NCBI GenBank assembly: GCA_041650395.1
Contig: JBAZLG010000003.1
Coordinates: 182,917-246,916, forward strand
Direction: 5' to 3'
From: Candidatus Micrarchaeia archaeon
Lineage (GTDB): Archaea > Micrarchaeota > Micrarchaeia > Anstonellales > VGKX01
Length of the DNA stretch: 64,000 bases
Shown here: positions 8,845-17,101 of the stretch, piece by piece
Position numbering within the stretch: position 1 is the stretch's first letter
Layout of the letters: each line of letters starts with the position of its first letter
Notes under the pieces: generated by a model
The model's database searches: none
Told to the model about the DNA's origin: nothing
What the model saw: the letters and a program-made list of their open reading frames with translations, nothing else
Translations under genes and position numbers: made by a program

Positions 8845-8969
8845 GGATAGAGTTGCCCCCGTAGTCCAACCTGGATAGGACGCAAGCCTCCGAATGGCAT
8901 GCCCGCACGTTTGATGCGGCAGACTTGCACAAATGCAAGAAGAAAGTTTGTGGTCCGGGTTCAAATCCC
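8845..8969 (+). tRNA. Candidate intron-containing tRNA-Arg (anticodon CCG). It is 125 nt long, so about 50 nt must be intronic, probably as two introns. No encoded CCA.
   Basis: Acceptor stem GCCCCCG/CGGGGGC. D-arm GUCC-AACCUGGAUA-GGAC. Anticodon stem-loop CAAGC-CUCCGAA. T-arm CCGGG-UUCAAAU-CCCGG at the 3' end. A TATA-like gatatataag sits about 30 nt upstream. The 3' half of the anticodon stem is not contiguous (ACUUG at 8913-8917), and a further 22 nt intervenes before the T-arm. Confidence 0.55.
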
Positions 8970-9009
8970 GGCGGGGGCGTTGACATTTTACTACTCAGCG
9001 GGGCGTGTT

Positions 9010-11061
9010 TTACTTCTTGAGATGGGTTATTGCTGGCCGCAACCCTCTTACAAGCTCCTCAAACGAGGCGTCAAGGAGTTCAGCGTACTTTTTAATATCA
9101 ATTTCCCTCCTGCTTGCCTGCCTGGCAGGCCTGGGGCCGAACAGGGAATAAACAAAGACCGAGACATTTGCCGCATTGGGCTCCTGCCTGAACGCCACCA
9201 CGTGGGGCGCATTTGACACATAATCGCCAATATCCCTTCCAATAGCCTTTGTTATGGCAAAATCTGCCAGGACGAATTCCCCTTCCTTTAGCCTTTTCTT
9301 GAAATCCGCAAGCAACCCTTTCGCCTCCTTTATGCCAGCACATGCATCAGGGGCTGAAAGAATTGCTTTCGCCATCCTCTCCTGGCACTGGACTGCAAGG
9401 GCGCATGAATCCGAATGCCTGACAGCTATTCCTCGCGCCTCCATCCTGCCGTCCTGCATGAGGCCATAATAGTGATTGGCAACTCCTGACGCGTCCTTGG
9501 CTGCTGGGAATACAAGCCTTGAAAAAATGCAATCGAGTTCCAGAGTTATGCCTGTCTCTGCGCTCACTTTCCTGACATAATCCAGATACTGCTTCTCATT
9601 CCCGCCTGACACGAAAACGCTGTCCACCATGCCATACAATGCCTCAAACCCTGCATCTTCGGCAATCTCCTTTGCCATGGAGAGGATATGCCTGCCATAG
9701 AGCATTACGCATTCCTTGCACTCCACATTTGAGAATATGAAGTTGGAGAATCCCAGGTATCCAAAGCAGGTTACTAAGATATTTTTCAGGGCTCTCTGCC
9801 TCATGTCAAACTCCGCCCTCTTAGCCGGGTCAGTTGATGTCTTTGCAAGATGCTTCAGCTCAAGCCTCCGCCTAAGGACTTCCTCGATTCCCTGAGGTAT
9901 TATGCCTTTCCTCTCTGTGCAGGTCTTCCAGCCAGCTTCAGGCACTATCATTGGCTCTTTGCAGCACGTGCATGTGATGGTTTCGGGGCTGATGTTGTAT
10001 TTCACTATGATATTGGGGTACATGGAAGCAAAATCGCATTTTGCCACATTCTCGTAAATCCCCGGAGTCGGATAGATTATGGAGCCGCCCTTGTCCAGCT
10101 GCATGAGGAGCTTGAGGGATTTGGGCCTCTCCATCTCCTTTCGCAAGTCAGGGACAAGGTAGCCATTCCTCTTAGCCGCCCGTATATGAAGATAGGTATT
10201 GAGCCGCCCGGGTGTAATCCTGCAAATTGTGTCAGGCTTTGCGCCCGTCATTTGAGAAAGCTCGATAAGCCTTGCTATCCTGCTTTTCCCTATCCCCAGA
10301 ATCTCCTTTGCCGAGTCTTGCCCGATTGGCAGGTTATGCTCGTTGTAAATGTCGTATCCAATGTCCTTTCTCAGGTCAATATGGGCGCAGGAATCAAAGA
10401 ACACGCCAAAGATATTCCCAAGCGAGCTTGCGGCTCCGTATCGTTTAAGATAAGAGTCCCCGCCATAGGAGAATATCATGTCCGTGCCTGTTTCCCTTAG
10501 AGCCTCTGCCAGCTTGGCAGGATGGATTACCATCTGCGGTTTCCCCTCCAGGACAAGGTTCAAGTATTTGGGATTGACACTTGTAGGGGCTATTGCACCG
10601 CAGGAGAGGGGCGGCAGTTCCAGGGAGCTTGTCTTTTCCATTGATATGAGTTTCCCCTGCTCCGCAACAACGTCGTAGAGCGAGAAGAAGGCGGCATCTT
10701 TTTCCATCACGTACTTGAAATACTGAGGTATTGCCGTTTCGGCTATCTCCTTGATTCCTGGGATAATTTTCATGTCCTTGACTACCCTTTTGTAATTTCT
10801 GGCGTAGTCCACCACTACCTTTATGGCATCAGTCTTGCCCTTCGCGTCCAAGGACACGTACTTCTGCTCTATCTCCGCGTCAAGGACATGGGGGTGCTTT
10901 GAGGCATAATCCTCCGCTTCCTGTGGATTGCCTGACACGAGATAAAACGAATGCCTGAATCTGTCCGAGAGCACTATGTTCCCGCCATCCCGTGTCTTGA
11001 AGCCAAGGCTCACGCTGTCCTGGCCTTCCCGTATATCCAGAAGCCAGCCTTGGAATCGCAT
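9010..11061 (-). CDS. Family-B DNA polymerase-like protein with substituted catalytic motifs (probably an inactivated PolB paralog)
   Basis: Motif A DFASMYPNII is present. The motif B region KNILVTCFGY replaces KxxxNSxYG. The motif C region LYGMVDS replaces YxDTDS. Exo I (FDIET) is not recognisable, with LSCGAIAP at that position. The ATG at 11059-11061 overlaps the upstream gene's TGA stop as ATGA. Confidence 0.6.
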   Translation of the reverse strand: MRFQGWLLDIREGQDSVSLGFKTRDGGNIVLSDRFRHSFYLVSGNPQEAEDYASKHPHVLDAEIEQKYVSLDAKGKTDAIKVVVDYARNYKRVVKDMKIIPGIKEIAETAIPQYFKYVMEKDAAFFSLYDVVAEQGKLISMEKTSSLELPPLSCGAIAPTSVNPKYLNLVLEGKPQMVIHPAKLAEALRETGTDMIFSYGGDSYLKRYGAASSLGNIFGVFFDSCAHIDLRKDIGYDIYNEHNLPIGQDSAKEILGIGKSRIARLIELSQMTGAKPDTICRITPGRLNTYLHIRAAKRNGYLVPDLRKEMERPKSLKLLMQLDKGGSIIYPTPGIYENVAKCDFASMYPNIIVKYNISPETITCTCCKEPMIVPEAGWKTCTERKGIIPQGIEEVLRRRLELKHLAKTSTDPAKRAEFDMRQRALKNILVTCFGYLGFSNFIFSNVECKECVMLYGRHILSMAKEIAEDAGFEALYGMVDSVFVSGGNEKQYLDYVRKVSAETGITLELDCIFSRLVFPAAKDASGVANHYYGLMQDGRMEARGIAVRHSDSCALAVQCQERMAKAILSAPDACAGIKEAKGLLADFKKRLKEGEFVLADFAITKAIGRDIGDYVSNAPHVVAFRQEPNAANVSVFVYSLFGPRPARQASRREIDIKKYAELLDASFEELVRGLRPAITHLKK

Positions 11062-11744
11062 CAGAGCCACCTGGCAAGCGAATGCTGGCTTTGGATTTCC
11101 ACAACGCATTCCGCCTTGCATGGGTGTTTTTGAACCTCAAAATGAAATCTAGGGCGTCCCTTTACCTCTATTATCACTGCCGAATGCTCCCCCAGGTAGG
11201 GATGGATTGGCTGGGGCGAGTTGTCAAACACCACTCCGTGGCAGCTGTTCATGGCGCATAGCCTGGCAAACATGCCTATGGCATGCGTCATTGACATCAG
11301 GCTGGCGTCTTTCTTCCCAGGCTCCTTGTACAAGTCTGATATGGAATCCAAGATAACAAGGTTGAGTCCCGTGCCAAAGTCAAATATGCGCTGCCAGTTC
11401 TGCCGCATTTCCACGGTGTCCCTTGAAAATACCCTCAAGAAAAAGACCGATTCAAGCAGGTTGTCCACGTCCGCGCCCTGCATCTTGGCAGCCTGCACTA
11501 TGCCGTCTATGTCTATAGTCCAGTACCTGTCGTGGTATTCCACGAAGTGAAGGTATAGAATCCTCTTGCCCGGCCTGCATGCCCTCACAAGCATGGCGGT
11601 TGCCAATGGCGAGAGTAGCCGAGGGTCACTGGCGCGCAGCGTGATTATTCCGTCCCCTATGTCCAGGAAACTGTCAAGTGCCCCTATCCCCGTCTTCAAG
11701 CCTTGCCTGCTTGCCTGTTGAGTCCAGTTTTCTTGCTGTTTCAT
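11061..11744 (-). CDS. RadB/KaiC-like RecA-superfamily protein with a degenerate Walker A
   Basis: GIGALDSFLDIG...LVILDSISDLY gives a RecA-fold Walker B, but the P-loop position reads ASDPRLLS with no GKT/S. Translationally coupled to the PolB-like gene by an ATGA overlap. Confidence 0.55.
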   Translation of the reverse strand: MKQQENWTQQASRQGLKTGIGALDSFLDIGDGIITLRASDPRLLSPLATAMLVRACRPGKRILYLHFVEYHDRYWTIDIDGIVQAAKMQGADVDNLLESVFFLRVFSRDTVEMRQNWQRIFDFGTGLNLVILDSISDLYKEPGKKDASLMSMTHAIGMFARLCAMNSCHGVVFDNSPQPIHPYLGEHSAVIIEVKGRPRFHFEVQKHPCKAECVVEIQSQHSLARWL

Positions 11745-11961
11745 CCCTATCACGCTTCAGATAAACAGCTGCGGCAAGCACCATGGCTATGCCTATGTCC
11801 GCCTCGTTTGCCGCGTCTATGGCAGTCCGCCTGTCGCGAATGACTGACATGATTTCATCAAACGCCTTCCTGTCGCTTTTGCCAAGCGCCCTCCCGAATG
11901 CCTCCCACTGGGCTATCTTGGCGTCAATGCGCGCAGTAGCTGACGGTATGCTTCGCCCCAT
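11674..11961 (-). CDS. 95-aa ORF overlapping the 5' end of the RadB-like gene by about 70 nt in another frame (possible N-terminal fragment or frameshift)
   Basis: ATG-initiated ORF with protein-like composition. The overlap suggests either a shadow ORF or a frameshifted RadA-like N-terminus. Confidence 0.25.
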   Translation of the reverse strand: MGRSIPSATARIDAKIAQWEAFGRALGKSDRKAFDEIMSVIRDRRTAIDAANEADIGIAMVLAAAVYLKRDRDETARKLDSTGKQARLEDGDRGT

Positions 11962-12067
11962 CTGAAAACCGCATGAGTTCGCAAGGCTTCAGTTAATAAA
12001 CAGGCAAAGGGGTGGTTTTCCAGTATGTTTCGGTAGGTTAAAATACGCCAAAATCCGTAGTATTTCC

Positions 12068-12733
12068 ATGTGCCTCCGATATGCGTTTAGCGTCATGGAC
12101 AGGGACGAAGTGAAGCAGAGGTTCGCACTGGTTCAGATAGCATACGAGCTTGAAGCCAGGTATAACATAGCTCCAACCCAATCTGTCCCCGCCATATTCA
12201 ACGATTCAAAGAATACGCTGTCTGGCGCACTCTGGGGAATGCCAGCTCAATGGGCAAATGAGCCGGGCAAGCTCCTGTTCAATGCGCGCGCGGAGTCAAT
12301 TGACTCAAAGCCCACATTCAGGCGGCATTTTGAGGAAAGCCGGTGCCTGATGCCTGCCAATGCATTCTACGAGTGGAAACACCCTGAAAAGAGGCCTTTC
12401 AGGTTCTCACTGAAGGATGATGCCATGTTCGCATTTGCAGCCATATACTCAATTGACAAGGAAAGCCAAAGGCGCTCGTGCTGCATGATTACCACGGAAA
12501 ATAATGCCCTTGTGGGCCAGGTCCATAATCGGATGCCTGTTATCCTGCCTCTCATGCGTGAAAAAGAGTTTCTTGATGCCACTCCAAAGGAGGCCAAGGC
12601 CATGCTAGTGCCATTCCCTGACAGCCTGATGGGCATGTATGAGCTTACCTCGCGGATTAACTCGTCAAGGGTGGATTCGCCCGAAATAATCAAGCCCCAA
12701 ACTGAAAAGGGGACATTGAAGGAGTATTTTTGA
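12068..12733 (+). CDS. yedK: SOS-response-associated peptidase (SRAP/YedK/HMCES family, DUF159), abasic-site DNA-protein crosslink protein
   Basis: N-terminal MCLRY matches the MCGRY-type start, with the catalytic Cys at position 2. Conserved ARAES...FRR and YEWK motifs. A TATA-like ttaaaata lies about 28 nt upstream. Confidence 0.8.
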   Translation: MCLRYAFSVMDRDEVKQRFALVQIAYELEARYNIAPTQSVPAIFNDSKNTLSGALWGMPAQWANEPGKLLFNARAESIDSKPTFRRHFEESRCLMPANAFYEWKHPEKRPFRFSLKDDAMFAFAAIYSIDKESQRRSCCMITTENNALVGQVHNRMPVILPLMREKEFLDATPKEAKAMLVPFPDSLMGMYELTSRINSSRVDSPEIIKPQTEKGTLKEYF

Positions 12734-12857
12734 TTGCACTAAATAAGAGACACGCACAGGGCATTTCTGCGGAAATGCCTGCGATGAAGGGGCTTTGTAC
12801 AAAAGGTGAAAGGACAGCAGGATTTGCAGGGGTGTTAAGAATACTGCCATACAAATT

Positions 12858-15593
12858 ATGATTGATGCTATGGAAAATGAGTCGTTAATTAATGAAGACA
12901 AAATTAAACTGCTTGCAAAAAAACAATTGGATCAATATCCTTTAGACAAAGATTTAAGTGCAGAGTGGGATCGGTTCTTGTCTAGTAAATATAATCTACA
13001 ACGTTATAGAGCTCTGGCAAATCTTTTATATAAAAGTTCATTATTAACTCTAAAAAAAGAAACAGAGATTAAAGATAGTGATCAGCGTATTATTCTTTTT
13101 AATAACGCCTATGAAGCAGTAAAACAGGCAGAACTAATTTTTCGAACTATAAACCTTCTTGTTTTAAGTTATGGATGTAGGTCTGTATCCTTACAATTAA
13201 AAATAAAAATTATCTTTGATTCGAACTCTATTTCTATCACTGCTGATTCTTTTAACAAAGAAGTAAATTCGATCATAGATGAAATTAGAATATTCATAAA
13301 TGATTTTGATAAGTATGGAGAAGATATTGCTTCGAAACAAATTCAGATTATTTTGTTATTTGGTTCAGTCATACATTCTCCAGTTATTAAATTGAATAAA
13401 CTTAAAATGTTTAATAAGGCGGAAGAAATAATTCAGTTTATCAAAGAAAATACAGATAAGTTAGATCTGAGATCTGGAAAATATTCTCCATCATTCGAAA
13501 ATACAGCAAAAACAATTTTTGATCAGATACTCTTAGTTAATGCTGAGACTTTGTCCCGAAAAGAACAATCAATAAATGGTTATTCATTAAAAGCGGCAGA
13601 TTATTATCTTGATGTGAGTAATAAAATTGAATCCGAAGCTATCAAAACAGAAGCTCTCCAACATTATTATCGAATTCTGGCTTTTCGTAACAAATATACT
13701 GGTGCAAATAATGATCAACAAAATTTTATTAGTTATATTGACTCTGCGATTGTGACTTCAGAAAAATTCAACCCTAAACAGGCAGTCTTTTTAAAAGGTT
13801 TTAAAAATCAGCATCTTTCAAGATTTAGATCAAGAAGTCTCGAAGATAGAATTGACCTAATTGGGCGAGCGATTGGTTTTTTTAAAATGGCTGGGCCTAA
13901 TCATATATCAGATCTCAAAATATCTAATTTTTATTCATTATATCTACAGTCATTACAATCTGAACTTCTGAATGTTGAACGTTTAAGTTTAATTGAGCGT
14001 GCACTTGTAAATGTTGAGACAACCCCATCAATAAAATCCTTATATCGCATTGAATATAGTGAATTACTACTTCAGTTCCATTTCTTTTCATTTATAAAAA
14101 ATGTTAAAACTATGAATTATCATTCTGCCTTTAAGCATTTGAATGAATTAAATAATCTGGGGGGAAATCGTTCATCAATTAGGTCATATTATTGGATTGG
14201 TCGTATTATTGGTCAATCGTCAAGGGATCAACAGAAAATAAATTTAATTAATTGGAAAGTTGAACTAGAGACTCTTAAGGAAAGTGGTTCGATAGATAAT
14301 CCCAAACTTCGTAATTTCATTGATGATGTCATTTCATATGCTCAACTTGCACAAAACGATTCTTCAGGGATTGTCGAGAAAAAAAGATTAGAGCTAATAA
14401 GTCTGTTTGCTGGTGAACAACTAAATTTGTCTGAAATATACGATATTCGTTCATTACTTGGTTATCCTAAACTTAGTGCGTTGTTACCCAAAAAATTAAA
14501 AGAGCGCATTGAAAAAAACTCTACCATTTCCAATCAAATTTCAGATCCAAATATAAAATTAGAAATTGCCGGATTTTTTAACTATCGATTGATTGGTAAT
14601 TTATTGGACATATTAATTGAAGGTTATTCAAAATTTCTTTATGATGAGGAATGGGAGAAAAAAATAATTGAAATTACCCAAAAAGATCCGGAAAGAATTA
14701 CTATAGGGGATCAATTAAAATTATTAAAAAAATTCTGTCATGAATACTGCCCACTAGAAGGTATGCCGATTGAGTGGTTGGCAGAGCTCGAAGATGATCA
14801 TTTAAACAGTCGAAATTCTATAATCCATGATTTCGAACCCGAAATTGCAAATTTAGAATTGGAACATCTTCAGCAAGCAATTTATTCAATATTAAAATAT
14901 ATTCCATTGCCTCTATATGTAGAAAATAATTCATATTTCTTATTTGAAAAAAAAGAACCCGTAGATCTAAAAATTCAAGATATCCCAGATGGAATCTACG
15001 GTGCTATAATCGCGCCATCTAATGACCGCCCACGTGAACAACAGAAAATTATTTTTGTCTGTAATCTAACTTTGGCAAGCTCCAAACAAATTGGTTATAG
15101 CGAGGGTACCAAAAAAATTCATATTATGCATTACTCAAAAAATAGAGATAATTTTGATGGCACACAATTATTTGAAAAAAAATTGACAATCGATATACCG
15201 ATTGAATTCTGGGCTGAAAAAAATAATGAAAATTTTGATAAGGCATTTATTAAAATTGAAGATAGTGCTAAAAGAGAATTTGGTGAAGCTTATGCAAAAG
15301 ACTATTGTATTTGTAATCAGTTTATAACAGCAACTAGAAAAGCTGCTGATTTAGATGAACATAAACTTATGAATTATATGGAGGGCGCATTATATCATTT
15401 AAGTCGTCATCTTAACTTGAATTATTATACTGGACGTGGATTATTATCAAAAGAAATTATTTTTGGAATAAATAGAGGTCGAATATTGGATTTAAGTAAT
15501 AAAGAAGTGGCTATATTTAAATTTAAAAAAATGAAAAATGTTCTGATAAAAATGAGGGTACGGATTGATACTCCTGATGTTCTATTAAATTAA
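12858..15593 (+). CDS. Large (911 aa) hypothetical protein encoded in a low-GC island, with a single HEPN-like Rx4H motif (SRNSIIHD)
   Basis: About 30% GC against about 57% in the flanks. Single uninterrupted ORF. The only recognisable motif is R-N-S-I-I-H near residue 650. No Walker motifs and no TM. Confidence 0.7.
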   Translation: MIDAMENESLINEDKIKLLAKKQLDQYPLDKDLSAEWDRFLSSKYNLQRYRALANLLYKSSLLTLKKETEIKDSDQRIILFNNAYEAVKQAELIFRTINLLVLSYGCRSVSLQLKIKIIFDSNSISITADSFNKEVNSIIDEIRIFINDFDKYGEDIASKQIQIILLFGSVIHSPVIKLNKLKMFNKAEEIIQFIKENTDKLDLRSGKYSPSFENTAKTIFDQILLVNAETLSRKEQSINGYSLKAADYYLDVSNKIESEAIKTEALQHYYRILAFRNKYTGANNDQQNFISYIDSAIVTSEKFNPKQAVFLKGFKNQHLSRFRSRSLEDRIDLIGRAIGFFKMAGPNHISDLKISNFYSLYLQSLQSELLNVERLSLIERALVNVETTPSIKSLYRIEYSELLLQFHFFSFIKNVKTMNYHSAFKHLNELNNLGGNRSSIRSYYWIGRIIGQSSRDQQKINLINWKVELETLKESGSIDNPKLRNFIDDVISYAQLAQNDSSGIVEKKRLELISLFAGEQLNLSEIYDIRSLLGYPKLSALLPKKLKERIEKNSTISNQISDPNIKLEIAGFFNYRLIGNLLDILIEGYSKFLYDEEWEKKIIEITQKDPERITIGDQLKLLKKFCHEYCPLEGMPIEWLAELEDDHLNSRNSIIHDFEPEIANLELEHLQQAIYSILKYIPLPLYVENNSYFLFEKKEPVDLKIQDIPDGIYGAIIAPSNDRPREQQKIIFVCNLTLASSKQIGYSEGTKKIHIMHYSKNRDNFDGTQLFEKKLTIDIPIEFWAEKNNENFDKAFIKIEDSAKREFGEAYAKDYCICNQFITATRKAADLDEHKLMNYMEGALYHLSRHLNLNYYTGRGLLSKEIIFGINRGRILDLSNKEVAIFKFKKMKNVLIKMRVRIDTPDVLLN

Positions 15594-16050
15594 TTATGAT
15601 TTGAATGTTTGATAATCTTTAACTTAAGTAAAAAATTAAATCACCCTATTTCAACTATTACTTTTTTTTTAAATCATTTAGAGATTTCTTGTTTAATACT
15701 CAGAAAAAATCGAATATACAAATTAGCTTTCATAGGCGTTTATGTTTTATTGCCATAGCAACTATGGGCGAACCTCAAAGCAAATAAACGTGCGGAAAGG
15801 AGCAAATCAAGCGCGTAGGGCATTTTGGCCATATTCATTTTTCATCACTAACGGCGATTATAATTACCCGTCAAATATCACTTTGGCACTTCAGACCGTC
15901 CTCTCTCTGCACATTAATCCCAAATTCTCCATGAAGACTAATTGCATCTCTCTACTTCAATAAGAGCATGAAATGCCTCGCTTTTGCTCTCATTCTCGTT
16001 CTCGTCTTTGTCTTCGTCCTGCCTGCGCTGGTGCACGCAGCCTCAAAAAG

Positions 16051-17076
16051 TCAGAAAACCCGGAAATCGATTACGACCTGCTGGACGTGCGGCGAGAAGG
16101 GCCGCACCACCCGCTTGTTGATTATCTCGAACTTCCTGCCAGCATCTGCACATGCTTTCCCTATTGCCGCAAGCGGCTTTTCAAAGCCTGATTCTATTTC
16201 AGAGAATGAGTAGAGATGTATCATGGCGCCAATTTTTGCGAAACTGATGGCTTCAGGGAGGAAAAGTTCCGCGTCCTTTGGAAGAGGCATGGCAATCCTG
16301 TCATACGCGCCGAGATATTCCCCGCCAAGCCTTCGCACGTCTGCGTGCACGCACCTGACATTTGAAAGCTTGTTGAGCCTTATGTTCCTCTCGAAATATT
16401 CGCATGCCACGGGATTCAGTTCAACGCCGGTTATTTTCGCGCCCCTGCAGAACCTGCCGGCGACAAGCGCGAACGGCCCGCAGCCGGCAAAAAGCACGAG
16501 ATAATTCTCGCCGGGCTTCACCTGCCGCGCTATGCGCATCCTCTCCGTGGCAAGGCGCGGGGAAAAATACATCCTTGCAAGGTCGATTTTCATGCGCGCG
16601 CCGTTTTCCACGTAAAGCGTTTCAGTCCGCTTTTCCCCTGCCACGTGTGAGAATTTCCTCACCCTGTACTCGCCTTCCATCGGGCTTGACTTTGAGAGCA
16701 CCGCCTTGACGTTGTGATGGACAGCAAGCACCGCCTCCCCTATTTTTTTCGCATATTTGGCAATGGAACCTGAAATCTCAAGGACCGCGATGTCGCCTAT
16801 TATGTCAAACGACCTCTTGACCTCATCAAGCTGTTTTGCAGGTATGGAGCCATACAGGGCCTCAAACACGGATTTGGGCTTTGCCTCCTCTTCCTTGAAT
16901 GCGAAATTGCCAAAGGACGCATCAAGCCATTTGGGGATTTCAAACCGCCCCGACACTGGAAAAGAGATTGAACCCGCGGATTTCACCGGCTTGTAGCCGT
17001 GGGCGAAATGCCCGCCGGAAATTAGGAAGAGCTTGAGCCTCTGGGCATTAGCAACCTTTGTTTTGATTCCAAGCAT
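16051..17076 (-). CDS. trm5: tRNA (m1G37) methyltransferase Trm5 / TYW2-like (Met-10+ family)
   Basis: Class I MTase with DIIGDIAVLEI and VLFAGCGPFALVAG motifs typical of the Trm5/Taw2 family. Start set at the internal Met to avoid overlap with the upstream gene. Confidence 0.7.
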   Translation of the reverse strand: MLGIKTKVANAQRLKLFLISGGHFAHGYKPVKSAGSISFPVSGRFEIPKWLDASFGNFAFKEEEAKPKSVFEALYGSIPAKQLDEVKRSFDIIGDIAVLEISGSIAKYAKKIGEAVLAVHHNVKAVLSKSSPMEGEYRVRKFSHVAGEKRTETLYVENGARMKIDLARMYFSPRLATERMRIARQVKPGENYLVLFAGCGPFALVAGRFCRGAKITGVELNPVACEYFERNIRLNKLSNVRCVHADVRRLGGEYLGAYDRIAMPLPKDAELFLPEAISFAKIGAMIHLYSFSEIESGFEKPLAAIGKACADAGRKFEIINKRVVRPFSPHVQQVVIDFRVF

Positions 17077-17101
17077 TGGAAAAGAGCACCTGCGAAACTG
17101 G

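Noticed and set aside
9850-10500. 216-aa plus-strand ORF antisense to the PolB-like gene
   Set aside because: The opposite strand carries polymerase motifs A, B and C in order, so the plus-strand frame is a shadow ORF.
12734-12857. Possible att site or promoter at the left edge of island 1
   Set aside because: It contains a TATA-like ttaagaata about 25 nt upstream of the island gene, which a promoter fully explains. No convincing repeat of this sequence occurs at the right edge.
15742-15963. 73-aa ORF in the AT-rich tail of island 1
   Set aside because: It lies in low-complexity AT-rich non-coding-looking DNA, has no start context, and its composition is dominated by the AT bias. It could be a remnant of a degraded gene, but I could find no support.
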